From: Chrysomallon squamiferum
Taxonomy: Eukaryota > Animalia > Mollusca
Assembly: GCA_012295275.1 (NCBI GenBank)
Contig: CM022665.1
Span: 48,670,001-48,734,000, forward strand
Direction of reading: 5' to 3'
Length of the DNA: 64,000 nt
Part shown: piece by piece, positions 29,224 to 40,669 of the stretch
Layout of the letters: each line of letters starts with the position of its first letter
Position numbering within the stretch: the stretch's first letter is position 1
Position numbers and translations under genes: made by a program
Notes under the pieces: model-generated
What the model was told of the DNA's origin: nothing
What the model saw: only the letters and a program-made list of their open reading frames with translations
Database searches by the model: none

Positions 29224-30018
29224 ATGATGAACCATCTGGAAGCTGTTCGTATGTGGCTAGAGAAATCTTGCATTGTTGCCCCAAATGACTGGATTGAGGC
29301 TTGTTTGGAATGGATTCAGGAGCAGAATCAGGTTTGCTGAAGATCTAAACAAATTAAACTTGAGAATTTCGATTTTTACAAGATAAAGATGATTTTTTTA
29401 ATTTTTTTTTTTTTTTTTTAAATGAAACATCCAGTTTGTTGTTTTGTTTTGATGAATAAAATGAAAATTTTCAGTGTTTAAATAAACCTAAAAGAATTTT
29501 CATTTTTGATTAATACAAGATTTTGAAAATTTGCTTCATGTTTTAATAGAACAGTTGGGTCTGTGCTTTTTTTATGTCTGTATAGCAATCAATACCATCT
29601 GTCTAAAATAATGCTGATTTAGCTACAATAATATTAATTTTAATATTTTCCCCATATTTCAAAATATTTTTATTTATTTAATTCTGAGATTGATTTAAGA
29701 TTATAATAGAAAGCTATATGTTTTATTTAAACAGGGGGATAGTCTACACACAGATCAACTCAACAACTTGGTTTATGAACAGTGGTTGATGGCTGACCTC
29801 AGAGAACTAAACACTTGTTGTCTTCCACAGGAAGTAACAACAGCAACAAAATCACACCTGACAGGAAATTATCCTCTGCAGGTTTCTAGACAACTTTCTG
29901 GTTACTTTATGAAACTCTGTGTGTAAATACTCACCTCTTTGTCAAGGAAAGATTTCAAAACCATTGAAATATCTTCTTCTTCTTCTTAATTAATTAATTA
30001 ATTAATTAATTAATTAAT

Positions 30019-30069
<51 letters not shown>

Positions 30070-32230
30070 TTTTATTCAGACCAACATTTTTTAAATAATC
30101 ATATTCCTCTCTATGTCAGTTAAGTTCAGTATTACTGTTTGTAGATAAATTCGTGTGTTGATGCTGGTACTCCATACTATGGCCAGCTGCAGAAAGAGAG
30201 GGGAACTGAGAATGCTAACTGCCTTGTGTCGGGAGACCAGACTTTCCAACCAGCAGTAAATTTTTACTATTTTATTTGCCTTAGTTTCATTTAGCATCAA
30301 TAAAATATACTTATTATTAGTATTTTATTTATGTATTTTCACACCCACCGCTCTCTCTTTAAAGTAATCTTTTCGTCTGATGAAAATTAGGACGAAAATG
30401 TGTTTTGTATTACAAAGTTTAAATGTTTGATGCATGGTATTATGGTTCGTTAGAGCAAATCGTACAGTTTTGTTATCTAATTCAATCACTGAGAGTTTCT
30501 GTTAGTCATCACTAATCCTGTAAGCTGCACTTAAATGACTTTATTCATCTCTCTCTCTGTATCTCTGTTTTTCTTTCTTTATTTACTTATTTCTTATCTT
30601 TTTAAAAATTTGTTTAGTGGCAACCGAAGCCATCTCGTATGTTGATTCTCAAACTGACAGACGGAACAACGGATGTTGTAGGCATGGAATATCAACACAT
30701 CCCACAGCTGAAAACTGTTGTACCAGGAACAAAGGTCTGTTTTCAAAATTGTGCACTTTCTTTCTTCACTATTCTTTTCTTCTTTTTATTTGTCCTGTGT
30801 TTAATTCTTTAAAATTGTACATTTTCTTTGTTCTGTGTTCAAAATTGTACATTTTCAATGTCTCGTGTTATAAATTAGAATATGAACTAAGATTGTTTTT
30901 ATATATGTATGGTCATAGTTTAGAATAAAACTAAATTGTTGTTTCTTTTGTTATGATTTGTTTTATAGGTTTTAGTACATGTTTGTGTGTTGTTGTTTTT
31001 TGGATTTTGTGCACATTCATTTTTTGTTATGTAGACTGGTAGAATGTTGAAAATTGTTTTTTATTTTTTAAAATAAATTTTGATAAGACATTTAAGAGTT
31101 GTTTTGTAGATTTTGGTTCACAGTGGTGTGTTATTTTGTAGATTTTGGTTCATGGCTGTGTTTGTTTTGTAGATTTTAGTTCATGGTCGTGTGTTGTGTC
31201 GACGTGGGGTGTTGATGTTGAAATCAGAAAATGTCCAGGTTCTTGGCGGAGAAGTTGACTCACTGATAGAAACTAACACAGCAGAGAACAGTCTACAGCT
31301 AGCAATGTGAGTACTCACTCATAGAAACTAACACAGCAGAGAACAGTCTACAGCTAGCAATGTGAGTACTCACTCATAGAAACTAACACAGCAGAGAACA
31401 GTCTACAGCTAGCAATGTGAGTACTCACTGATATAAACTAACACAGCAGAGAACAGTCTACAGCTAGCAATGTGAGTACTCACTGATAGAAACTAACACA
31501 GCAGAGAACAGTCTACAGCTAGCAATGTGAGTACTCACTGATAGAAACTAACAGAGCAGAGAACAGTCTGCAGCTAGCAATGTGAGTACTCACTGATAGA
31601 AACTAACACAGCAGAGAACAGTCTACAGCTAGCAATGTGAGTACTCACTGATAGAAACTAACACAGCAGAGAACAGTCTGCAGCTAGCAGTGTGAGTACT
31701 CACTGATAGAAACTAACACAGCAGCTAGCAGTGTGAGTACTCACTCATAGAAACTAACAGCAGCTAGCAATGTGAGTACTCACTGATAGAAACAAACACA
31801 GCAGAGAACAGTCTACAGCTAGCAATGTGAGTACTCACTGATAGAAACTAACATAGCAGAGAACAGTCTGCAGCTAGCAATGTGAGTACTCACTGACAGA
31901 AACTAACACAGCAGCTAGCAGTGTGAGTACTCACTCATAGAAAATAACAGCAGCTAGCAGTGTGAGTACTCACTGATAGAAACTAACACAGCAGCTACCA
32001 GTGTGAGTGTGTCTGTATCTCTTAATTTCTGAAAACTCTGCACAGTGTAACTTACATATGTGTTTGACGCTGAAGATCATGTTGAAATCAGAGTGGTACA
32101 ACAGTCATTGTAAATTTTACATTTTCTCTTCTCTCTTTCTCTGTACTTTGATGAGAAAGTTGGTTAACCAAAACAACATTTTTTAAAAAAAATATTTTAT
32201 TGGTGAATGTGTCAGTGGAAATGGATTCGG

Positions 32231-32271
<41 letters not shown>

Positions 32272-35200
32272 CTCTCTCTCATATCTGTGTGTGTGTATGT
32301 TCTTCTTATTCTCATTTTTGCAGGCAGGAGAATTTGGCACATGCAAACAAATCAGAAAAATGTACATTTTCTGGACGGGTTCTTTCTGAGGGTAAAAGCA
32401 AAGAGGAGGTCAAATGTGAGAATTTCTCACAGCCACAGAGAATTTCTCACGTGCAACAGGTAAAGAATGAAGCACGCTGTTCAGCTAGGTCTGTCAGAGA
32501 CACAAATCAGCCGGCGAACAGGTTGTCATGGCAACTGAAAAACGATGTCAAGAAAGAGGAAAGCCATTCTCAGCACTTTGAGAAAGATGGTGAGGCACAA
32601 ATATGTGAATATGTTTTGTGTGAGGAAGTTTTGTGTGTTTTGCAATTACTACAAATTTTATTATTCGGAATATTTATTAATATTTAATTTCATAAAATGC
32701 TTTTGTGGATATAGATGAAGAAGAAGAAATGTTTTTAAGTTCTTTTTTTTTTTTTGTAAATAAATATCTGGTATAACTGAAGAAGAAAAGTAAAAATATT
32801 CTGCTATTCTCAGTGTGAAGAAGTGTGCTGTCATCATGTTGATGAATTTACTGTCTAATTGTGACTGTTGTTAGTTACCACACTGTGACATCATCTGTTC
32901 AGCTTTGGATTTATTCTGTTTGGTGTCAGCCCCTGGTCTTCATTCTCAGATGTGTACATATTGATGATATTAGAGGTAAAACACAGCTGATTTCTGTGGT
33001 GTACAAGTTATGATTTATTTGCAATTTTCCGTATAGTGATTTATGTCTTTTTAATATTTGTTTCGCAAACAGATACTGGAAACAGACAGCCTAACCCAGA
33101 AAACTTTGAGGTAATTTATTTTAAACTCTGTATCATTTTGTTACAAAATTTGAACTCATATATCTTAAGAGTACTTTGTTGATCTGTTTCTTTCATTAAA
33201 TAGCTAAATGAGTGTATAGATGTACAAATGTGACTATACTTTTAATGTTGCTCATTTTCACTGTAAGACTTTCAAGAAATAATGCATTTTGGTGAGATAG
33301 TGTTAAGAAAAAAACCCACATATGATATCTTTCTACAAATATAGATGTTGCACTAGCATTTGTGTGCCAGATATTATTAGTATGCTGACAAAATTATGCG
33401 TGACAAAAAGCATGCATGACATAAACATTTATTATTCCAACAGACTGCAGAGTAACAGTTCACAGCTTTATTAAGATTACAGTAAGTGTCAAGCACTGAA
33501 AAGTTAGAAAGGTTACACAGTTTTATGCTTTTAATCGTACAGAAATAGTTTGAACTGTGTCAGAATGTACTGTGGTATATTTCAGTGGTGTGAAGACCTG
33601 GAAGATGTGTTCATGGATGAAATGGATGATTTTGACATTGAAGATGATGTTGGACAATCATCCAGTACAACTTACAGATCTCCTGTCACAAATAGTAAAT
33701 CAAACTTTGGAAGCAGTAATTCAAACTGTACAAGCAGTAAATCGAACTTTGGAAGCAGTTTTACAAGAAATCATCAGCAGGACAGGTTTACGTCTGCTGA
33801 CTCGGGTCCTGGGGAGAAGCGAGGGTCAGAGATGAGGAGACAGGCTAACACTTGTCCAGAAGATGACTTTGAAGATGATTTTGACATGGAAGAACTGGAA
33901 ATGGTGGAGTTGACCAAGCTGTGTTCACAGTCCAGTGATCAGACTGTTACAGCAGACGCAAACACGAAAATCAAACTTGAGTCATCTCACACTTTTCAGT
34001 GTGAAGTCTCTAATCAACATCAAAGTGTCAACAGTGTCAAAACTTGTTTTGACTACAACCAAACTGGAGAAGAAAAGAAGACAAATAACCAGCCTGTTTT
34101 AGTTAAAAGAGAACGTTGTCTGGATTCCCAGTCTAAAACACATTTGTTTTCAAAAGACAGCAGCCTGCTCTCTGGTGTTGAAAATATAACGGAATCAAAC
34201 TCGACCAAACACAGTGTATCTCCACCAAAACAGTCTTCAGAAGTCGCAGATATTCAGCTGAAAGCAAATGTTCCAAGAGCTGTCATACATCCTCTTAAGA
34301 AAAACAAACCTTCGGTTCAGTTCACCATGGAACAGTTTGTTGACAGTTCTCCACAATCGTCAAACCACCAGGAATTCACCTACTTGTCACACGTTTTAAA
34401 ACAACACGAGCCAGGAAAGACGTTCATAATAAAGGTAGCAGTAAGATTATTGTCTGAGATAGCTGGATAGCAAGATTTTTTTTGTATGATCAAAACATCA
34501 GCTGCAGTAAACAAGTTATTTAAATTATATTGTTCTTGAAGAGGTTTCAAATAATAAAACAACAGGAAGCAGGTGACAATATTTTTAATAAAGGTATCAA
34601 TAAGATTGTTATCCAAGATAACTTGATAGCAAGTGATTATATGATCAAAACATTAGCTGTGGTAAGCACATTATTTCAGTTACATAGTTCTTAAAAAGGT
34701 TTTAATGAATAAGAAACAAGATTATTTATTCGTCAAGCTGAAGAAGAATGTGAAATTGTAATAACCAGTTTTAAAGAAAAAAAAGTTATTTCAATTTTAG
34801 GGAAAAAAAGTTATTTCATTTACGTTACTTTTAATTTAATCTGTCATCCCTCAGATTTCAGCATATAATTTTTCGTAACTTTTTGTTAACAGAACAAGCA
34901 TCACTTCAGCATATTGTTTTGTATTACGAGTGTTATTATTATTGTCATTATTTATTTTTTTAATGCTTGGTATAATCAACGGTTTCAGGGTTATATTTCT
35001 ACTCTGACAAGTAAGCTAACAAGTAAACATGGACAGAACTGGCAACTTTCTTGTAAAATCAACGATGGATCTGCTGTTGCTGATGTGCAGCTTTCAGACA
35101 AGGTGTGTTGTCACAAATTAGTTTTCCCCTCACAGTTGAGTAATATTTAAGAAAACAGTTTATTTGTAATTACATACCTATTTATCTACTATTCATTTTT

Positions 35201-37016
35201 ATTAAACTTTTCTTTTTCTTTCTTACTTTTAAAAAAAATGTTTTTCCATTTTATTGTTGAGGTGTCACATTATTAAACTTTTTAAAAAAAAATTCTCTTT
35301 TCTTTTTATTTTTTTTTTATTATTATTTTTTTTGCATTAATTCACTGTTTTTAATAAATGACTTCCAGGTTCTAACAGAGCTTATTGGTTTCTCTGCTTC
35401 AGAGAGTGTGGTATGTACTGTCTTGTCTTTAACTCTTTTTAATCTTCTTTAGAAATATTATTTTTAGAAGTATTGTGTTTAATTTGTACATTTTCTTTAC
35501 TTGTACATGAAACCCACAAATTTGAATTTATATCATGATTTTTTGTGTATCAGTTATCGTTGTTTATATTTAGCCCTGTTTAAAAAATCTGAAGAAAAAA
35601 AAGAAGATTGTTTTCACAAAATCTGAATTATAAAATATTTAATAAATATACTTATGTAGAATCGAAGTTTTGTCATTATCATTCAGAATAATTGTCTGAA
35701 TTTCTCAGATACTAAAATAGTTTAGTACAAATACTCTAGATTATATCAATACCAGATATGTTACTGTCACAAAACTCTGATTGGCTTGTATAAATAAATT
35801 TAAAATTTTTCATGTTTTAAAATAATTTTGTAATATTACTGTAAATCGAACACTCAAACTTGAATTGTGTTATAAAAAAAACATGATCCTCCACAAAGTA
35901 GTTTGTCAGTTGTCTCTGTAGTCTAATGTTAACACTGACAAAGTATAAAATTCTGTCTTTCTGTCCAGGAAATGAGGCTGAGGGCAAAAACTGATGCATC
36001 GGTGAAAGATATTTTAACAAAGGTGAGAAAAACATGCACAGTGGTAAACATTTGAACAACACCATCACATAAAATGTTTTGATTTGTTTGGGACTCTTGT
36101 TTGTTTCACTGCTTTGTACCACGATGCAGTAAAACTTTGTCTTGTTAAATGTCATAGTAATTGTAGTCAAAAGATCACATGATTGAAAACAGTTTTTTCA
36201 TTGGCTGTGAGACTTGATACAGGGAAATTAATTTTTTTTTTTTTTGTTTTTTTTTTAAAACAAAAATAGTCAACCTCAGACTTTGTGGTTATTAGAAACA
36301 GATCAAAATATTTTTGATGATGACGAGATTAATAGTGTTTGGTGGTATGAGGAGTATAATAAACTACAAATAGAAAACACACACAAACCAGTGACTGAAG
36401 TATTTAAAAAATCATCCTTTCATACATTCAGCAAAGTTGTTAAATTTTGTTAAAATTATTTGTACATGTAATTGAATATGTCATTCATTTCTATATACAC
36501 ATGATTGAAGTAACATTCAGTAATGTATACTGGATATAACTGAATATCAAACATGGTTACAGAAATCTTGTTGATTTTCATATTTTTGGGTTGAAAAATT
36601 CATGTCATTCAAAATTCATTGTGATCACTGATTTAGATAAAACTAAATTTCTTTTAAAAATTTTGTCAGTTATTTATTTTTACCTTAAAAAAAAAAAAAA
36701 AAAAATAAAATAAACATTTATTTATTTGAAATATTAATATTATTAAATCTTTGATGTTTCCTGTTTTCATTAATATTTATCCATTAAGTCTGATATTAAA
36801 ATATTTTAACAACTACATTGCTGATATTGCTTTCAGGGACTTCAGCAGTGTCAGCAGCAGCTTGTTCAGTTGTCTTGTTTGGTGGAAATTCAGTTTGGCT
36901 GTAAAGCTGCTGATCTGTGTGTGTTGAGGTTCATACCTGTAAACGAGCAACACACACTGACGTTAACTCAAAATGTCTTACACCTTTCACACAACTCACT
37001 CTCCAGTCTTCATTAA
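29224..37016 (+). CDS. RMI1: RecQ-mediated genome instability protein 1, 12 coding exons, ~719 aa
   Basis: Exons 29224-29331, 29735-29881, 30145-30255, 30618-30734, 31173-31306, 32324-32589, 33073-33110, 33586-34434, 34989-35102, 35369-35410, 35969-36022, 36837-37016. N-terminal [12 protein letters not shown] and [13 protein letters not shown]; OB1 [16 protein letters not shown]...GMEY...PGTKILVHG...[20 protein letters not shown]; C-terminal OB FTYL...[11 protein letters not shown]...[11 protein letters not shown]...[15 protein letters not shown] overlaps the stop. Confidence 0.93.
31258..32008 (+). repeat. 55-bp minisatellite (some 39-41-bp units) made of the RMI1 exon 3' end plus its splice donor, 15 copies
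   Basis: Unit ACTCACTGATAGAAACTAACACAGCAGAGAACAGTCTACAGCTAGCAATGTGAGT. GTGAGT donors start at 31307, 31362, 31417, 31472, 31527, 31582, 31637, 31692, 31733, 31772, 31827, 31882, 31923, 31962, 32003. Confidence 0.95.
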
Positions 37017-37435
37017 TAAACATCTTTATCAATATTCTTTTAAAAAAAATATGTTTGTGTTTTTATTTTTAGATGATTAATTACTGGAAGTGAAGTATTT
37101 TCTTTTTAATTCATTGTCGCACGCAGTTTCCAACACTGTCAGCTGGGAATGTGTTTTGTTTCACATGAATAAAATTTGATTGATGTATTTAATTAATTGT
37201 AAAAATTACATCAGTTTTAACTAAAGTGACATTATAAAACTATATCAGTATATATATAACAGAAAAAAAGGCATTTATAAATAAAGAGACTGATAAATAG
37301 TATTATGTAAAATCATGTATAGTTCAATTAATTTTAAAGAGCAGCATTATTTTATATATTTTATTTAGTATTAAATATTCAAATGTCAAGATTTATATTA
37401 AATTATAAATTATTTATGGTTATATATAAAAAGGG

Positions 37436-37455
37436 AAAAAAAAAAATAAAAAAAA
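37436..37455 (-). terminator. Pol III oligo-T terminator of tRNA-Val
   Basis: T-runs on the minus strand start 2 nt after the tRNA 3' end. Confidence 0.8.
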
Positions 37456-37456
37456 G

Positions 37457-37529
37457 AGGTTCTGGCGAGGTTCGAACTCGCGACCTTCTGCGTGTAAAGC
37501 AGACGTGATAACCACTACACCACAGAACC
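37457..37529 (-). tRNA. tRNA-Val (anticodon TAC)
   Basis: Reverse complement GGTTCTGTGGTGTAGTGGTTATCACGTCTGCTTTACACGCAGAAGGTCGCGAGTTCGAACCTCGCCAGAACCT. Perfect acceptor stem GGTTCTG/CAGAACC, A and B boxes, anticodon loop TTTACAC. Confidence 0.95.
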
Positions 37530-38761
37530 GATGATTAAACAACAAAACTGATTTTGTGCATGTTATTGAAAAAGGGCAAAAATATTGTATTGAATCTTGC
37601 AGATTAACCTTAGCCTTAGGGCTTCAGTTTAGTTTTATTAAATAATCAGAACTATTCAGAACTAAAGTTTTTTTTTTTCTTCTTCTTTTTTTTTTCTGTC
37701 CAGACATTTTTCATATACTGTTATTTTGAGGACGAGAAATAAATACGCATGGCTCGCTGGCAGGCGGTGATCGAATCGCTCCCATAAACCTTGCTATCAT
37801 GATCATGACAGCAAAACTTTAAACTGCTGATGTGTATCTAGATCTAAATCTGTTCTCTATTTGCCCTGGACCTTAAGTTTACAAGAGAGAAAAATAAATA
37901 AAAGTAATAAGAAGAGGCAACAGTAGGTTATTACCAACTCAGTACTTCAGCTATACTTAATATATATTTATTAATTTTCTTCTTGATTTATTAAAAAAAA
38001 TAATAATAATAAAAAAAAAAATAATTAAAAAAAAAAAAAAAAAAAAAAAAATATATAATAAAAAAAAAAAAAAAAAAAAAAATAAGTAAATAAAAAATAA
38101 ATAAATGAATAAAAATAAAAGAAAGTATATTTTTGGAGGTTGGTATGATAGTTTAGCTTAATTGGTCGTAATTATTAGCAGTAATTTTGGAGATGCACCA
38201 ACTCTGATAATACATTTTGGGTTAATTAAACAAACTTATACACATCCATACGAATGTATTGATACAGCGATGTCGAAGCCAGCAGTGTTTCCGGCAAGCA
38301 AAAACACGAACGGAATACTAAAAAGGAGAAAAGCGGCATATCGTTTTATATTTACTTATCCTTTACTATTATTATTATGATTATTATTATTATTATTAAT
38401 TAATTAATGCCGTGGGACAAACTGTCAGTGTATTTTGTAAATTCCCCAAAAGATAAATTAAGTACTGGATATAACTATAGACTATAGTCTTTAATATAGA
38501 ACAGATTGTTTCACATCAGATAATAGGTAATAACCGCGTATTTAAACTAGAATCATATTTGATGTCTACATAACATTCTGCCTACCAATATAATGTACAT
38601 AGCATAACTATTTACTTAATATATACGTCATTTTACAAAAACAAACTCACATACAAACATTCGTTGTTGCCGTTACATCATATCTGAATAATATGTAAAC
38701 TGTATACAGAGTTGTCTTTTCTTTAGTACTAACACTTTTCTCATTTTGTTCAGACACTAGC

Positions 38762-38846
<85 letters not shown>

Positions 38847-39219
38847 AATTAACTGAAGTTTAAACTCTTATCTGCCCTGGTACTAACTGATAATGTATTT
38901 TGTAAATCTCCAAATAACTGTTTGATTTCGTGCTGGCCAAAACCATAATACCAACTGAACAAAAATAATAACTTTAAATAAATCAGTGTTATCTCGAATT
39001 CAGAAAATTAAAAGTCAAGCTGTAGCTTTATTTAATTTTGTTTCACATCAGGAAGTAGATGATAACATCGTGTTTGTACTAGATTCATACTTCATGACAT
39101 CCACCTCTTAGAGGATTATAAGAGAACAGTTTAGGTATGAAGTAACATCAAATATTCAAATAATAACAAAACAACAACAGTAATGATAATAACGGATGAA
39201 TAAAAATACATTTCTAATT

Positions 39220-39223
<4 letters not shown>

Positions 39224-39306
<83 letters not shown>
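39224..39306. repeat. (CT)n(GT)n compound microsatellite
   Basis: Read directly from the sequence. Confidence 0.95.
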
Positions 39307-39311
<5 letters not shown>

Positions 39312-40669
39312 TCATATTACAGAAAAAAAAAAAAAAAAAAAACTAAAGACAAAACAAGAATAAGAATAATTTAATAAAAAGATGCTTCATATTTTATTAG
39401 ATGAGTGTAACCTGTCCTGTGGAGAAAACGAAACACTAGACACAGAAAACTGTATTTGTAAGTGTAAAAATGGCTACAAACCTTTGTTTTAAATATAAGA
39501 ATAAAACTTAATTACCTCAGCATATTTTCGTAAATATTTAAACGTTCATCCACAAAATAGCAAAAAAGCAGACGTAGTAAAAACGAGACGTAATTATTTT
39601 ATCTTTACATGATGTCACTTGCCACTTTTGTAAAATTTGGAAAGCTAATATATTGATTTGTTTTCATTTTAATTTCTGTTGGAAGAAATATGAATATTAC
39701 TGGACGTAACTGATGTGAAAGTTCCTGGAATTCGTTATTTTTGAAAGGTAAGTTTCCTCTACGATATCTATGTTGTATTTTATTGCAGATTTATAAGTCC
39801 GATAATGTAACCAGTTTCATGTCGTGTCTTTATTTACATGTTCAAAGACAGCGATACAGAATATTTCCATCTATCTATCTGTTACTGTCACACAGATATT
39901 TTCTATACCGATCAAAAGATATTCAGACCCGGGGCGGGGAATATAATGATAAAAAAAAAAAAAAAAAAAAAAAACAAAAAAACAAAAAGAAAACAAACAA
40001 AAAACAACCCCTCCCCCCCAAAAAAAAACCCCAGATTAAAACCAACAAAACAACAACAAAAAACAATTTAAAAACAAATAAACAACCCAAAACCGAAAAA
40101 AAATATACAAAGACAGTAAAACATACAAACACATATAGAAACAGAAACAGAAACACAAACATATATGTCTACCTTTCAACATGTCATCGTTGCTTTTACT
40201 TTTTAAACACAAATTTTACACATCACTATTGTAACAGTTGCCAACGAATTCATTTTTCTAATTAACTGACACAAACACCAAATTAAGCGAAAAAAATATA
40301 AGTTTTATTTCAAAATGAATTTCAACATTTTCTTCTTCTCGTCATGTCTCCTGTTCGTGTTTGACATTTCCAAACAAAAGAACCGTTGAACTACTAATGT
40401 TTGTCATTAAATAAACTAGTGCTGGATAGAAAAGCAAAGGAATGAAACAAAAATGAATAACAGGAAGTGTAAATTCTTCTTAGTTATTATTATTATTTTT
40501 ATTTTTATTTTTTTTACCACTATTGACAAATTAAAAAAACATCTATCTATGATAGTTAAAAAAAAAAATGTATAAAAAAAAAAATTAATTGAATATAATA
40601 AATAGTAATTTCAAATCTTGACTACTGTTACTATGAGTTTCATAATTTTAATTTAAAACTGAAAGGATA

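Noticed and set aside
31258-32008. CRISPR-like array (regular repeats with a palindrome)
   Set aside because: No unique spacers; the whole unit is repeated and derives from the RMI1 exon end. Eukaryotic context with no cas genes.
39741-40265. 174-aa Lys-rich ORF
   Set aside because: Driven by poly-A/AAAC low-complexity sequence; no recognisable domain.
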